Below are positions 12,144 to 21,085 of a stretch of 59,258 bases of DNA, piece by piece; position 1 is the stretch's first letter, and each line of letters opens with the position of its first letter. The notes beneath the pieces were generated by a model, which made no database searches, was not told the origin of the DNA, and saw only the letters and a program-made list of their open reading frames with translations. The translations under genes and the position numbers were made by a program. Origin of the DNA: a virus (Duplodnaviria > Caudoviricetes); the IMG/VR virus record IMGVR_UViG_3300032239_000632, positions 1-59,258 of that record; one strand, given 5' to 3'.

Positions 12144-14215
12144 TAGATTGCCATTGTCTTAACTACAATACTTGTTGGGTCTTGATCATCCAATACTAAC
12201 ATTTTATTCAAACTAGATTGTATAATATTACTTATTGGTTTAATGTGTATCATAATATCACCAAAATCATTATTGACTGCACTAGGATTAAAATTATTAA
12301 TATATATTTTACCTAGTTTATAATCAATCGTTCCAGTAACACCATTATTTTTGGAACTATTAATAATAACTTTGGTACTTTGACTACTGATCTCATCAGT
12401 TTTGTAGTATGAGATTCTTATTTGTCCATATCTACCTTGAAGAATTGCAAGACCTTCTCCTAATAACCCACCGCCTCCTGTAATCTGAACTGCTGCAGAT
12501 GTATAACCAACACCTGGTGTTAATACTGTAATTGATGATATTTTACCATTAACGATAGTTGCGGATGCTGTTGCACCTGTGCCGTCACCAACGATAGTTA
12601 CTATAGGTGTAGATGTATAATTAACACCAGGATTTGATACTGTTATAGATTCAACCCCACTAAAAGATGATGGAACTTCTTCAAAAAAACATTGTCTATC
12701 TATAGCATTTTCATCTGCAATAGTAAAGTCTGGCGATGAATAGAAATTTTCATTTGTTGTTCCACGAGTCAATTCAAATCCAAAATCCAAAATATAATTA
12801 TCTGAATTAATTAAATCTGGTCTAAATTTCTTTGCAACAAATAAAGTTGCTTCATTAGAAACGATTGATCTATCCCAAGCATCAATTCTTGTTTCCATAC
12901 CAGAAAAATTAAAATAACTATTAAATTTATTCAAATTAGTAGAACAATAATTACTGATTATACTTTTGACATCCGTTGTTAATTGTGATTGACTTGAAGA
13001 TAATTTTGCTTTATCATAATAAACTTTTGAAGATACTTTAAGATAATTATAATCTACATCTACAATTTCTGGTGTAACAGTCAACATACTAATTGGTTTC
13101 AAAATAGTATTCTTTACATAATCTTTTTCTGTTTGTGATACTTCAAAACCTAATTTTGGTTTTGCAGATACAAATACTTTACCATAAATTGGTGGGTTGT
13201 TTTCTTCTCCACCCCAAACATTAACTGCTTCAAACTGTGGATATTTTTGTTGTATTAATCTGATATAATCATTTTTTGTTACTGCACGATTTTGTGCCAA
13301 TAAACTTAATGGTGCTCCAAATTTAATTGAATCTGTAGTTTCTCTATCAGAACCACCAGCTGATCTTACTAAAGGATCAACAATAATAGTTGAATATCCT
13401 GAAATAGAACCACTTGCTATAAAATTGTTTGCGTAATTTGCGGCTGAACCATTTGTTATTAAATACTCTGTAGTAATAATACCTGCATCAGGTATTGATT
13501 TACTCAATACATCATCACCAAAGTAAATGTCATATTTACCATCAGTACCTTCTTGAAGAAAATAAACTTCAGAATTAGCAGTAATATTTAAGTCATTTTC
13601 TGACCTATCATAAACAATAGTTGTAGTATTTGAAACTGATTGTCTAACACTAACTATCAATGTATCTGTGTCAATATTAGAATCGTTCAAAGTAAATAAT
13701 TGTTTTGGATTTGTTGAATAACTATTTACAAATGAATATGAAGTATATTGACCTTCATAGATTGGTATATCAGTAAAAGTATAATTGTATCCAACTTTAT
13801 CTACTGTATATGAATTTAACGTAACAAATTTGAATGATAACCCATTAATCTGTTCTGAGAAAAATGAATATCCTTTAGGTATTGTTAAAGACCCTGCAGT
13901 TGTATTTGGTGTAACTACTGTTATATTAACAATTGCCCTAGCAGAAGCTGATGATCTTGGTACATAATTAAGTTTTTTGGCATGAGAAACGACTGATGTT
14001 CTAAGTAATGCAGTATCTAAAAATGATTCATTTGCAATCATATTGAGATAATAGGCATTATAATGTGTATTGTATGCTAATACATCCAAAAGAATATTAA
14101 GACCAGAACCTTCAAAATCATAATCTTGAAATTGTGATTGTTGTTTTAAGAAAGTTTTTAGATTTGATTTAATCTGGTCAAAATCTAATTCAGTAACTTT
14201 TAATCTATCAGCCAT
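12143..14215 (-). CDS. gp6: Baseplate wedge subunit gp6
   Basis: ELDFDQIKSNLK..FQDYDFEGSGLNILLDVLAYNTHY, QNRAVTKNDY, VWGGEEN. Confidence 0.95.
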   Translation of the reverse strand: MADRLKVTELDFDQIKSNLKTFLKQQSQFQDYDFEGSGLNILLDVLAYNTHYNAYYLNMIANESFLDTALLRTSVVSHAKKLNYVPRSSASARAIVNITVVTPNTTAGSLTIPKGYSFFSEQINGLSFKFVTLNSYTVDKVGYNYTFTDIPIYEGQYTSYSFVNSYSTNPKQLFTLNDSNIDTDTLIVSVRQSVSNTTTIVYDRSENDLNITANSEVYFLQEGTDGKYDIYFGDDVLSKSIPDAGIITTEYLITNGSAANYANNFIASGSISGYSTIIVDPLVRSAGGSDRETTDSIKFGAPLSLLAQNRAVTKNDYIRLIQQKYPQFEAVNVWGGEENNPPIYGKVFVSAKPKLGFEVSQTEKDYVKNTILKPISMLTVTPEIVDVDYNYLKVSSKVYYDKAKLSSSQSQLTTDVKSIISNYCSTNLNKFNSYFNFSGMETRIDAWDRSIVSNEATLFVAKKFRPDLINSDNYILDFGFELTRGTTNENFYSSPDFTIADENAIDRQCFFEEVPSSFSGVESITVSNPGVNYTSTPIVTIVGDGTGATASATIVNGKISSITVLTPGVGYTSAAVQITGGGGLLGEGLAILQGRYGQIRISYYKTDEISSQSTKVIINSSKNNGVTGTIDYKLGKIYINNFNPSAVNNDFGDIMIHIKPISNIIQSSLNKMLVLDDQDPTSIVVKTMAI

Positions 14216-14216
14216 T

Positions 14217-14624
14217 TTATCGTTCTCTTGCTAAGAAAAATTCTATATTAATTGGATTTGTTTTATTGCCGATTATAAAATTCATAGTAACTGAAAATCT
14301 ATTATTATCATAATCTGGACTAACTTTTAATTGATTAAGTGTTACTCTAGGTTCAAAATTTATTATTGTTTGTTGTATTTCTTTTTCTAAAATGTTTGCA
14401 CTAATTGAATCCATATTGTCAAATAACAATCTGCGAACATTACTTCCAATTTCTGGATGAAATGGTTTTTCATAATGATTCATCAAAAGTAAATTTTTCA
14501 AACTAGTAATTACTGCTCGCTCATCATATAAAGTATTGATATCTTTTTTTACTGGATGAATTGCAAAATTCAAATCCAAATCACTGTATCGTGATATACC
14601 TATATTTGTAATTGAGGTTGCCAT
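14217..14624 (-). CDS. gp25: Baseplate wedge subunit gp25
   Basis: YSDLDLNF..HPV, SLKNLLL...EKPFHPEIGS, FEPRV. Confidence 0.92.
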   Translation of the reverse strand: MATSITNIGISRYSDLDLNFAIHPVKKDINTLYDERAVITSLKNLLLMNHYEKPFHPEIGSNVRRLLFDNMDSISANILEKEIQQTIINFEPRVTLNQLKVSPDYDNNRFSVTMNFIIGNKTNPINIEFFLARER

Positions 14625-14643
14625 GTGTTATTTATCTGTCTTT

Positions 14644-15489
14644 CTAATCACTTACCAATTTTTCTTTATATAAATCTGTGCCTACCATAGTATTAATTAA
14701 ATATGTTTGTGTATTTCCAATATGAGATAATCTAGTCAATGTAGAATAATCACTTAGTATATTACAAGATTCTGCATAATAATCACAATCATGTGTTCTT
14801 CTAGTCCATAATAAATTGTTTGCCGTAAGTGCATGACTATACAATGCATCTACACCCGCAGACGATAAATTAGAAGATACAGTGGTAACAAAAGTATCTG
14901 GATCACTTGTAATACGTAATGAATTTTGTAATGTAATAACATCTGCAGCAATAATTGCAGTATTTAATGATATCTCAGTATTAACGTATAGACTAGTCAT
15001 ACATGCTAATACAGGTAATGCATTTGCAACATTATCAGTTTTATTTGTTATAACTAATATTGAACGCCCAATTGCCATTACTTTATTATAATCTGGTGTT
15101 TGTGGATTACCTGTAGATATAGTTAATCCAGAAATATTTGATGTATGTTTCTTAAAATATACAATTGTAGAATTAGAAAAAGTAGTATATAAAGTGTTTG
15201 CACTTTGAGCAACTGCAGAATTATTATCCCATACGGTAACTGTATTAATTACAGACTTCATTAAATCTACTTGAGTTTTTAAGAGTGCAATAACATTTGC
15301 AGTTGGGTCTTTATAATAATCTGAGATTACTATATTACCATTTGCAAGTGCTTGTTTTTGCCAATTCTTCAAATCGGAAGGAGCATTGTTTAATGTAGCT
15401 TTTGAATTTGCAGATAAATTAATAGCATCTCCAAATTTTGTAGTATCAAAATCATAATGTAATCTTCCAAGAACTGTATTTGCTGCCAT
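14644..15489 (-). CDS. Hypothetical virion protein
   Basis: 281-aa ORF in the baseplate cluster. Confidence 0.65.
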   Translation of the reverse strand: MAANTVLGRLHYDFDTTKFGDAINLSANSKATLNNAPSDLKNWQKQALANGNIVISDYYKDPTANVIALLKTQVDLMKSVINTVTVWDNNSAVAQSANTLYTTFSNSTIVYFKKHTSNISGLTISTGNPQTPDYNKVMAIGRSILVITNKTDNVANALPVLACMTSLYVNTEISLNTAIIAADVITLQNSLRITSDPDTFVTTVSSNLSSAGVDALYSHALTANNLLWTRRTHDCDYYAESCNILSDYSTLTRLSHIGNTQTYLINTMVGTDLYKEKLVSD

Positions 15490-15500
15490 AATATTTTCCT

Positions 15501-16610
15501 TTAGATAAGTGTGCCAAACATTGGAAAAACAGGAATGGTAGTTGGACCATATGGTGCGATATGAAAATGTAAATTATGTTCAAAACGAATACCTTCCATT
15601 GATCCAAATGCATCTGTAGTATATAGACCCAACATTAATGGCGCAGTAACTAATATTGTAGATGATATAAATCCATCAGTAAAAATTCCTAATCCATTAA
15701 CTACAATCATAGGTGTAAATGGTGTAGATGCAGGTAAACCTATAAACAACCCACCCAATTCAGTCAAAAATCCATATGGTCCTGCTACTACTTGTGTACC
15801 TGCAGTAACTTTATAATCTGCAACAACATCTACTCCCGTAACAACACCATCAACACTCAAATCGCAAAACATATGAACTCTATCATGTGAATTGAAATAG
15901 ATTACACCCGTACCCAATACACCGCCAGATGTAACTGTATAATCTTCACCAGAACTAATTCTAGTTTCTTTACCAACAACTCTAGTATAATTACCAGCAA
16001 CTTGTAAAGTATAATCTCCTTCTACTCGTTCTACTAAATTTCCTTTTATATTTAATTGAACATTACCTTCTATTTCAACAGTGCATTTACCAGTTATCTT
16101 TACATTATTATCACCAAGAACAATTAGATAGTTATTGTTTTGTATTTTATTTACTTGTTTACCATCTGGATGTATTTCTAAAAATGTTTTACTTTTGTGT
16201 TCTAATCGTATTCTTTCTTTTGCAGGCGTATCATCAAAATGCATAGCTGAACCACTACCAAATTCAAATACTTGATTACGACCATAAATTGGTTCACCTG
16301 TAGGACCATACTTAGCATCTTCATTAAACACTGATGCAGGTTCAAACCATGCATGAGCAGCTGCGGGTGGGTCTGCAGGTTCTTTTCCATCATTTGGATT
16401 TTCAGGTACAACATTCTCTGGTGCAATTGTTTGAACAGTAGATGCTGACGTAGAAGTTACACCAGTTAAACTATCAGTAATTATTACTCCTACTTTATCA
16501 CCAGTTACTGTAGTTGTGGTTGTAGTAGTACCTTCAGTGTTTACAACTTTCGTTACTGCACTATTTATTTTTGAAGATATGTATTGATTTATACCATCAT
16601 TTATTGCCAT
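15501..16610 (-). CDS. gp5-like C-terminal beta-helix spike protein
   Basis: HFDDTPAKERIRLEHKSKTFLEIHPDG, VxG repeats, C-terminal HxH (HNLHFHIAP). Confidence 0.75.
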   Translation of the reverse strand: MAINDGINQYISSKINSAVTKVVNTEGTTTTTTTVTGDKVGVIITDSLTGVTSTSASTVQTIAPENVVPENPNDGKEPADPPAAAHAWFEPASVFNEDAKYGPTGEPIYGRNQVFEFGSGSAMHFDDTPAKERIRLEHKSKTFLEIHPDGKQVNKIQNNNYLIVLGDNNVKITGKCTVEIEGNVQLNIKGNLVERVEGDYTLQVAGNYTRVVGKETRISSGEDYTVTSGGVLGTGVIYFNSHDRVHMFCDLSVDGVVTGVDVVADYKVTAGTQVVAGPYGFLTELGGLFIGLPASTPFTPMIVVNGLGIFTDGFISSTILVTAPLMLGLYTTDAFGSMEGIRFEHNLHFHIAPYGPTTIPVFPMFGTLI

Positions 16611-16623
16611 AGTTTATATTCTC

Positions 16624-17442
16624 TCATATAATTGATACTACTTGTGCAGTAGGTTGTTTGGGTGCTTCTCGTGGTGTATAACTATCTATTTGACTTTGAG
16701 TTGGTGCACTTGCTAATACAGTTGCTAAATTTTGATTTGCAGCATCTACTGCTGCTAATGCTTGAGTTGGATTTAAAGATATATTTGTATTCAATGTTGC
16801 ATTTAGAATTTGTCCTGGTATTTGTGCTAATGCTAATGTATTTTTGAATACTGATTTTGCTTCATTAAATGTTGATTTCATTTCAGTAGTTAATGTTTTG
16901 AATTCTGGTCCTAAAATACCATCACCAGAACTTCCAAGTAAATCATTACCTAAAGATAAAATTGATTGAAAAAAAGCAAATGCACATTCTTTCGCCATCT
17001 GTAGTAACATAGCAGGTAATGACATAATCCAATTAATTACTGCACGAACAATAATAATATAATAAATTAATGCATCTGCTACTGCCTTAACAAATTTTAG
17101 AAATTTATTAACTTCTTGTAATATCTCTTTAATCTTTTTAACTTTTTCTACTATTGAGGTTGTTACACCAGTAGGTAAAATACCACGACCAGCAAAATAT
17201 GCTTTTAATGCGGTACGTGCGGCTCTAACAGAAACATTATCTTGTAAATATTTCCATGCTGCGGTTCTTCTTACATCAGCACTAATATCGCAAGTATGTG
17301 CTAAATTTTTATTCGTTAATGATGTTAATGTATTTTTAGTAGTAATTGCAGCATTTGGAACATTTGAAGGCATACCATAACTGCCAGAAAGAATAACTCC
17401 AGCGGGTGGTATAGGAGGAAATAAAGCAGAAGGTCTATACAT
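16624..17442 (-). CDS. Hypothetical baseplate-associated protein with a hydrophobic helix
   Basis: Likely start ATG 17442 (MYRPSALF) behind an AGGT SD; lies between the two gp5-like genes. Confidence 0.6.
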   Translation of the reverse strand: MYRPSALFPPIPPAGVILSGSYGMPSNVPNAAITTKNTLTSLTNKNLAHTCDISADVRRTAAWKYLQDNVSVRAARTALKAYFAGRGILPTGVTTSIVEKVKKIKEILQEVNKFLKFVKAVADALIYYIIIVRAVINWIMSLPAMLLQMAKECAFAFFQSILSLGNDLLGSSGDGILGPEFKTLTTEMKSTFNEAKSVFKNTLALAQIPGQILNATLNTNISLNPTQALAAVDAANQNLATVLASAPTQSQIDSYTPREAPKQPTAQVVSII

Positions 17443-17450
17443 TTTTTTAC

Positions 17451-17759
17451 CTATACAGTAGTTGTAATACCAGGAATAACACCTAATATAATTGGTTGAA
17501 GTGCTTGAGCACCATCTATATAAAATCCAATAACCCAATCATTAGGTCTTGCATCTATTGTTTTTCGTGTCATATTAGCAGAAAGTATACAAGGTGCCCA
17601 AGGTAAACTTTCTGTTGGTGTTGCATTTGTATCTATAGTATCTTTACCCCAAACCCGAACTTGAACTCTACCTGATTTTTCTGGATCATCAATGCTTTCA
17701 ATAGCACCAATGAACCAATACATACTAGAATTTACACCAGGAAAACTAAAATCTGACAT
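17451..17759 (-). CDS. gp5: gp5 N-terminal OB-fold domain, stand-alone
   Basis: WFIGAIESIDDPEKSGRVQVRVWG...LPWA...WVIGFYIDG..AQ.PIILG. Confidence 0.85.
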   Translation of the reverse strand: MSDFSFPGVNSSMYWFIGAIESIDDPEKSGRVQVRVWGKDTIDTNATPTESLPWAPCILSANMTRKTIDARPNDWVIGFYIDGAQALQPIILGVIPGITTTV

Positions 17760-17765
17760 TATTAA

Positions 17766-19052
17766 TTATACTCCCACGGGTCTATAAAGTTGTTTCTTAT
17801 TAGTTGAATCTGTAGATATTTCAATTATTGTTTCATGTTTTTGATATGTAATAACATTTCTACATGCTAACACTATATATTTACCGCTAACAGATTCATC
17901 TTTACTATCTGCTTCCATATTCTGTGCCCTACTGGATACCAACAAATCAACTACTGTACCACATGCTAAATTAAAGTTACCAGGCATTACTAATTTAATT
18001 CTCTTTGATGTATACTTACGCATCAAAGCTGGTCTTTCAGTAAAATATTTCGTTGTATCATCTATAATATTAGTAGAAGTTGGATTATGTTCTTTTGTCC
18101 AAGGATTTCTAGACCCTATAACAGTAGGTCCATAGTAAACTCTGGTACATAAACTTGGATCTACTGCTTCTGGTATTGGTGCCAAATCTGGTGTTTTATT
18201 TAATTGTGTTGATTTATTATTAAATGATATGGGTCCAGTTTGTTTAGTCAATACTTGTCTATTAAATATATCAACAAATACACCAGTTGAACCATATACA
18301 CCACTATCAATATTTTTCTGAACATCAAATTGTGAAACTATTTCCATATATCTAGCACCAGTATATGAATTATCTCTTGTTTCACTTTCAAACATTTTTG
18401 GTTCATAATTAATAGTTGCTACAGGTAATTGTTTGGCAATATTAGATAATGATATAAAATTAAAACCATTGCGATTTTCAAAAAATACAAATGTTGGAGA
18501 TTGATCATCCGTTGTTATTGCTTTTTTCGTGATATCTATAATACAATCAAATGGTGTTCTACTATTGCTTGGATATTTTATTAAACCAGCAGTTGGTTCA
18601 ATTTTATATCCATATTGTATTGATAAATCATTAGTTAAAATTTCATTAACAATATCTGAAAATGTTCTTTGGTCATAAACTTTTTTAATTTTTTTTGTTT
18701 TTGAAGTGTAGTATTCTTCAGAAACAAAATATAAAGCATATTGTTCTGAAGTTGAATTTAATGGTATTGTTTTACCTTTTTTATATATCTTAAACGTCTT
18801 AGTAAATGATGCAGCTACATTCTCATTTTTACTAATACTAATCTTAAGTAAATCTGATCCATCAAAATTGAATTTAGAAGTTAAATCTATAGCATCAGTA
18901 ATTAATATTATACCCGTCATACATGGGCAAAAGATATTATCAAATATGTTTAACTCTTCAAACTTATCAGAGATATCAAAGTTACCAACTTTTGTTACTA
19001 TAGTTAGCTCTTTAATAAAATGACTAAGATTATTACTTATTGTTTCAGCCAT
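17766..19052 (-). CDS. Baseplate hub / tail protein (gp27-like)
   Basis: IFDNIFCPCMTG.ILITD, FVFFENRNGFNFISL, PGNFNL..G, SGKYIV; lies between gp53 and gp5. Confidence 0.7.
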   Translation of the reverse strand: MAETISNNLSHFIKELTIVTKVGNFDISDKFEELNIFDNIFCPCMTGIILITDAIDLTSKFNFDGSDLLKISISKNENVAASFTKTFKIYKKGKTIPLNSTSEQYALYFVSEEYYTSKTKKIKKVYDQRTFSDIVNEILTNDLSIQYGYKIEPTAGLIKYPSNSRTPFDCIIDITKKAITTDDQSPTFVFFENRNGFNFISLSNIAKQLPVATINYEPKMFESETRDNSYTGARYMEIVSQFDVQKNIDSGVYGSTGVFVDIFNRQVLTKQTGPISFNNKSTQLNKTPDLAPIPEAVDPSLCTRVYYGPTVIGSRNPWTKEHNPTSTNIIDDTTKYFTERPALMRKYTSKRIKLVMPGNFNLACGTVVDLLVSSRAQNMEADSKDESVSGKYIVLACRNVITYQKHETIIEISTDSTNKKQLYRPVGV

Positions 19053-19656
19053 TCAACAATACTCTCTCTAATTCATCTTTTATTGCATTTTTATATTCTG
19101 CTTTAATAACTCTAATGTTTCTTTTATTTTCATTCAATTGAACTTCAGTATCAAAATAAGTAAATCTTTCTTTAGTAATATCAACTTGCATTACTGTACC
19201 ATCAGTCAAAGTATATTGTGTTGTTGACGGTGTTAAACTTGCATATGTATCCGCATCAATAGTTGCATATTCTTCAATAGATTCACCAGTTTTAACTAAT
19301 GTTCTAGTTTCAATTTTATAATATGTTTTATAATTTGTTTGTGCCCAAGTAATACCATATAGATGATCTATTGATTCCATTAATTGAGAATATGTTAATG
19401 GCCAATCAGTATTCAAATTCATTATACCATTGATTCTCATTATTAACCAATGATATTCTGGATCATTATAAATTTTATATGAAACTATTTCAGGAGTATC
19501 ACCTTCAGATATTACATAATCAAAATATGCTTGTGTGGCATCAATAGATTTTTGTAGGATAGAAAAATTTGCAGTTAAATTTATAACAGTATCTAAATCA
19601 TTAGATTGATCTATTTTATATAATGTTCTTGGAAATAAATTAAAAAAGTTAGACAT
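19045..19656 (-). CDS. gp53: Baseplate wedge component gp53
   Basis: FFNLFP, GDTPEIVSYKIYNDPEYHWLI, DWPL, NENKRNIRV. Confidence 0.9.
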   Translation of the reverse strand: MSNFFNLFPRTLYKIDQSNDLDTVINLTANFSILQKSIDATQAYFDYVISEGDTPEIVSYKIYNDPEYHWLIMRINGIMNLNTDWPLTYSQLMESIDHLYGITWAQTNYKTYYKIETRTLVKTGESIEEYATIDADTYASLTPSTTQYTLTDGTVMQVDITKERFTYFDTEVQLNENKRNIRVIKAEYKNAIKDELERVLLNG

Positions 19657-19657
19657 A

Positions 19658-21040
19658 TTATTTTTCCTCTGACTTATACTTTTGCCAATTTCTCACCCAA
19701 TTCATACCGGTGGCGGCACCCCCTGCAGTAGAATTGAATGATGTAACTGTACCACCAAAATAACCACCAAGTTTAGGAGGAGGAGGTACTTTTTCTTTAG
19801 GAGCATTTGAAACTTTATTTGCAACAGTGGGTTCTGATTTAGGTGGTGCCGGTATTGTCTCATTTTGAACTTTTTCACCAGAAAGAAATTGTTTAGTGAT
19901 ATACCTAGTTTCCTTAAATCGTAATGTCATCCTAATAGTAACTGGCATACCAGTACCACCTTTTGATGGATTTATTTGATCATCAGTTTCAAAGGTGTGA
20001 AATCCACCTGGTGCAAAATCTACAGTAACATCTTCTAGAACACAAGTAACAATACTAGGTATATTTGGATTTTTTTTACCACGATACATGAATGAAATAT
20101 CAAATACTGATGGTGGTACTAAAAAGTAACCACCTGTACCATCTCTAATCTCTGGGGCTTGATGATAGATAAAGGTATCAATTATTTTCTGAACCTGCAT
20201 TGCTTCTGGTTGACTTCTAGGATTAAAAACATACTCAAAATTAAAACTACGCAAACTTGGTTTTGAATATATAACTTCAACCATTGGATTTGGAACACCA
20301 AATTTACCCACAAATGCCGCATTAAATGTATTGCTACCAAGTATAGGTGCATTAGGAAATTGTTTTCTTGCCGCACTAAGAAGAAAAGCACCTACGTTTG
20401 TTGCTGCTTTTTCACTACCATCATAATTATCATAAAGAGATTTGCCTACTGATGCTAATGTCAATGCATCACCTGATAATTCTGGTGTTTCATAAATTGC
20501 GTGTGATGTAAATGCTAGTGTATCAGGCATATAAATTGCAATATTATCTACTAATTGTGCAACATTATTATTAAATGATGCTGAGTCTTGATTGGTTATA
20601 TCCTTAAACACATTAGCAATTGATGTGGTTGCTACATCAACAACACCATTAACACCGGCTTGAATTCCAGGTGTTGTGAATTTGTTAAGTATAGCATTTC
20701 CGATATTAGATATTCCATTTACTACATCTTGCACAGATTTATTATCGGTAATAGCTTTTACAGAATTACCTATTGCTTGTAATCCCAAAGCACCATTTAC
20801 AGTACCTTCATCTATTCTAGATTGTGCTAAAGTATTTAATCCAGATTTTGTCATTCCTGGAGTGCTTGCTTGTTTAGATAGTTTTTGGACAAAAATATTA
20901 AACAACATATAATGTCCTTTATCTTCGGATCCAATATCTTGAGGATATCTATATGTCGCAACAGAAGTATCGCCATAAAAAAGGTTTCTTGACTGAGCGG
21001 GTTCTACGTAATTTACACTTGAAACTAAAAACTGTGACAT
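19658..21040 (-). CDS. gp48: Baseplate tail tube cap gp48
   Basis: YRYP, IYMPD, NPMVEVIYSKPSLRSFNFEYVFNPRS..EA, LRFKE. Confidence 0.85.
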   Translation of the reverse strand: MSQFLVSSVNYVEPAQSRNLFYGDTSVATYRYPQDIGSEDKGHYMLFNIFVQKLSKQASTPGMTKSGLNTLAQSRIDEGTVNGALGLQAIGNSVKAITDNKSVQDVVNGISNIGNAILNKFTTPGIQAGVNGVVDVATTSIANVFKDITNQDSASFNNNVAQLVDNIAIYMPDTLAFTSHAIYETPELSGDALTLASVGKSLYDNYDGSEKAATNVGAFLLSAARKQFPNAPILGSNTFNAAFVGKFGVPNPMVEVIYSKPSLRSFNFEYVFNPRSQPEAMQVQKIIDTFIYHQAPEIRDGTGGYFLVPPSVFDISFMYRGKKNPNIPSIVTCVLEDVTVDFAPGGFHTFETDDQINPSKGGTGMPVTIRMTLRFKETRYITKQFLSGEKVQNETIPAPPKSEPTVANKVSNAPKEKVPPPPKLGGYFGGTVTSFNSTAGGAATGMNWVRNWQKYKSEEK

Positions 21041-21085
21041 TTCTATTCCTTAATTTACCACATATTTATGTGTGGTTTATTATTT

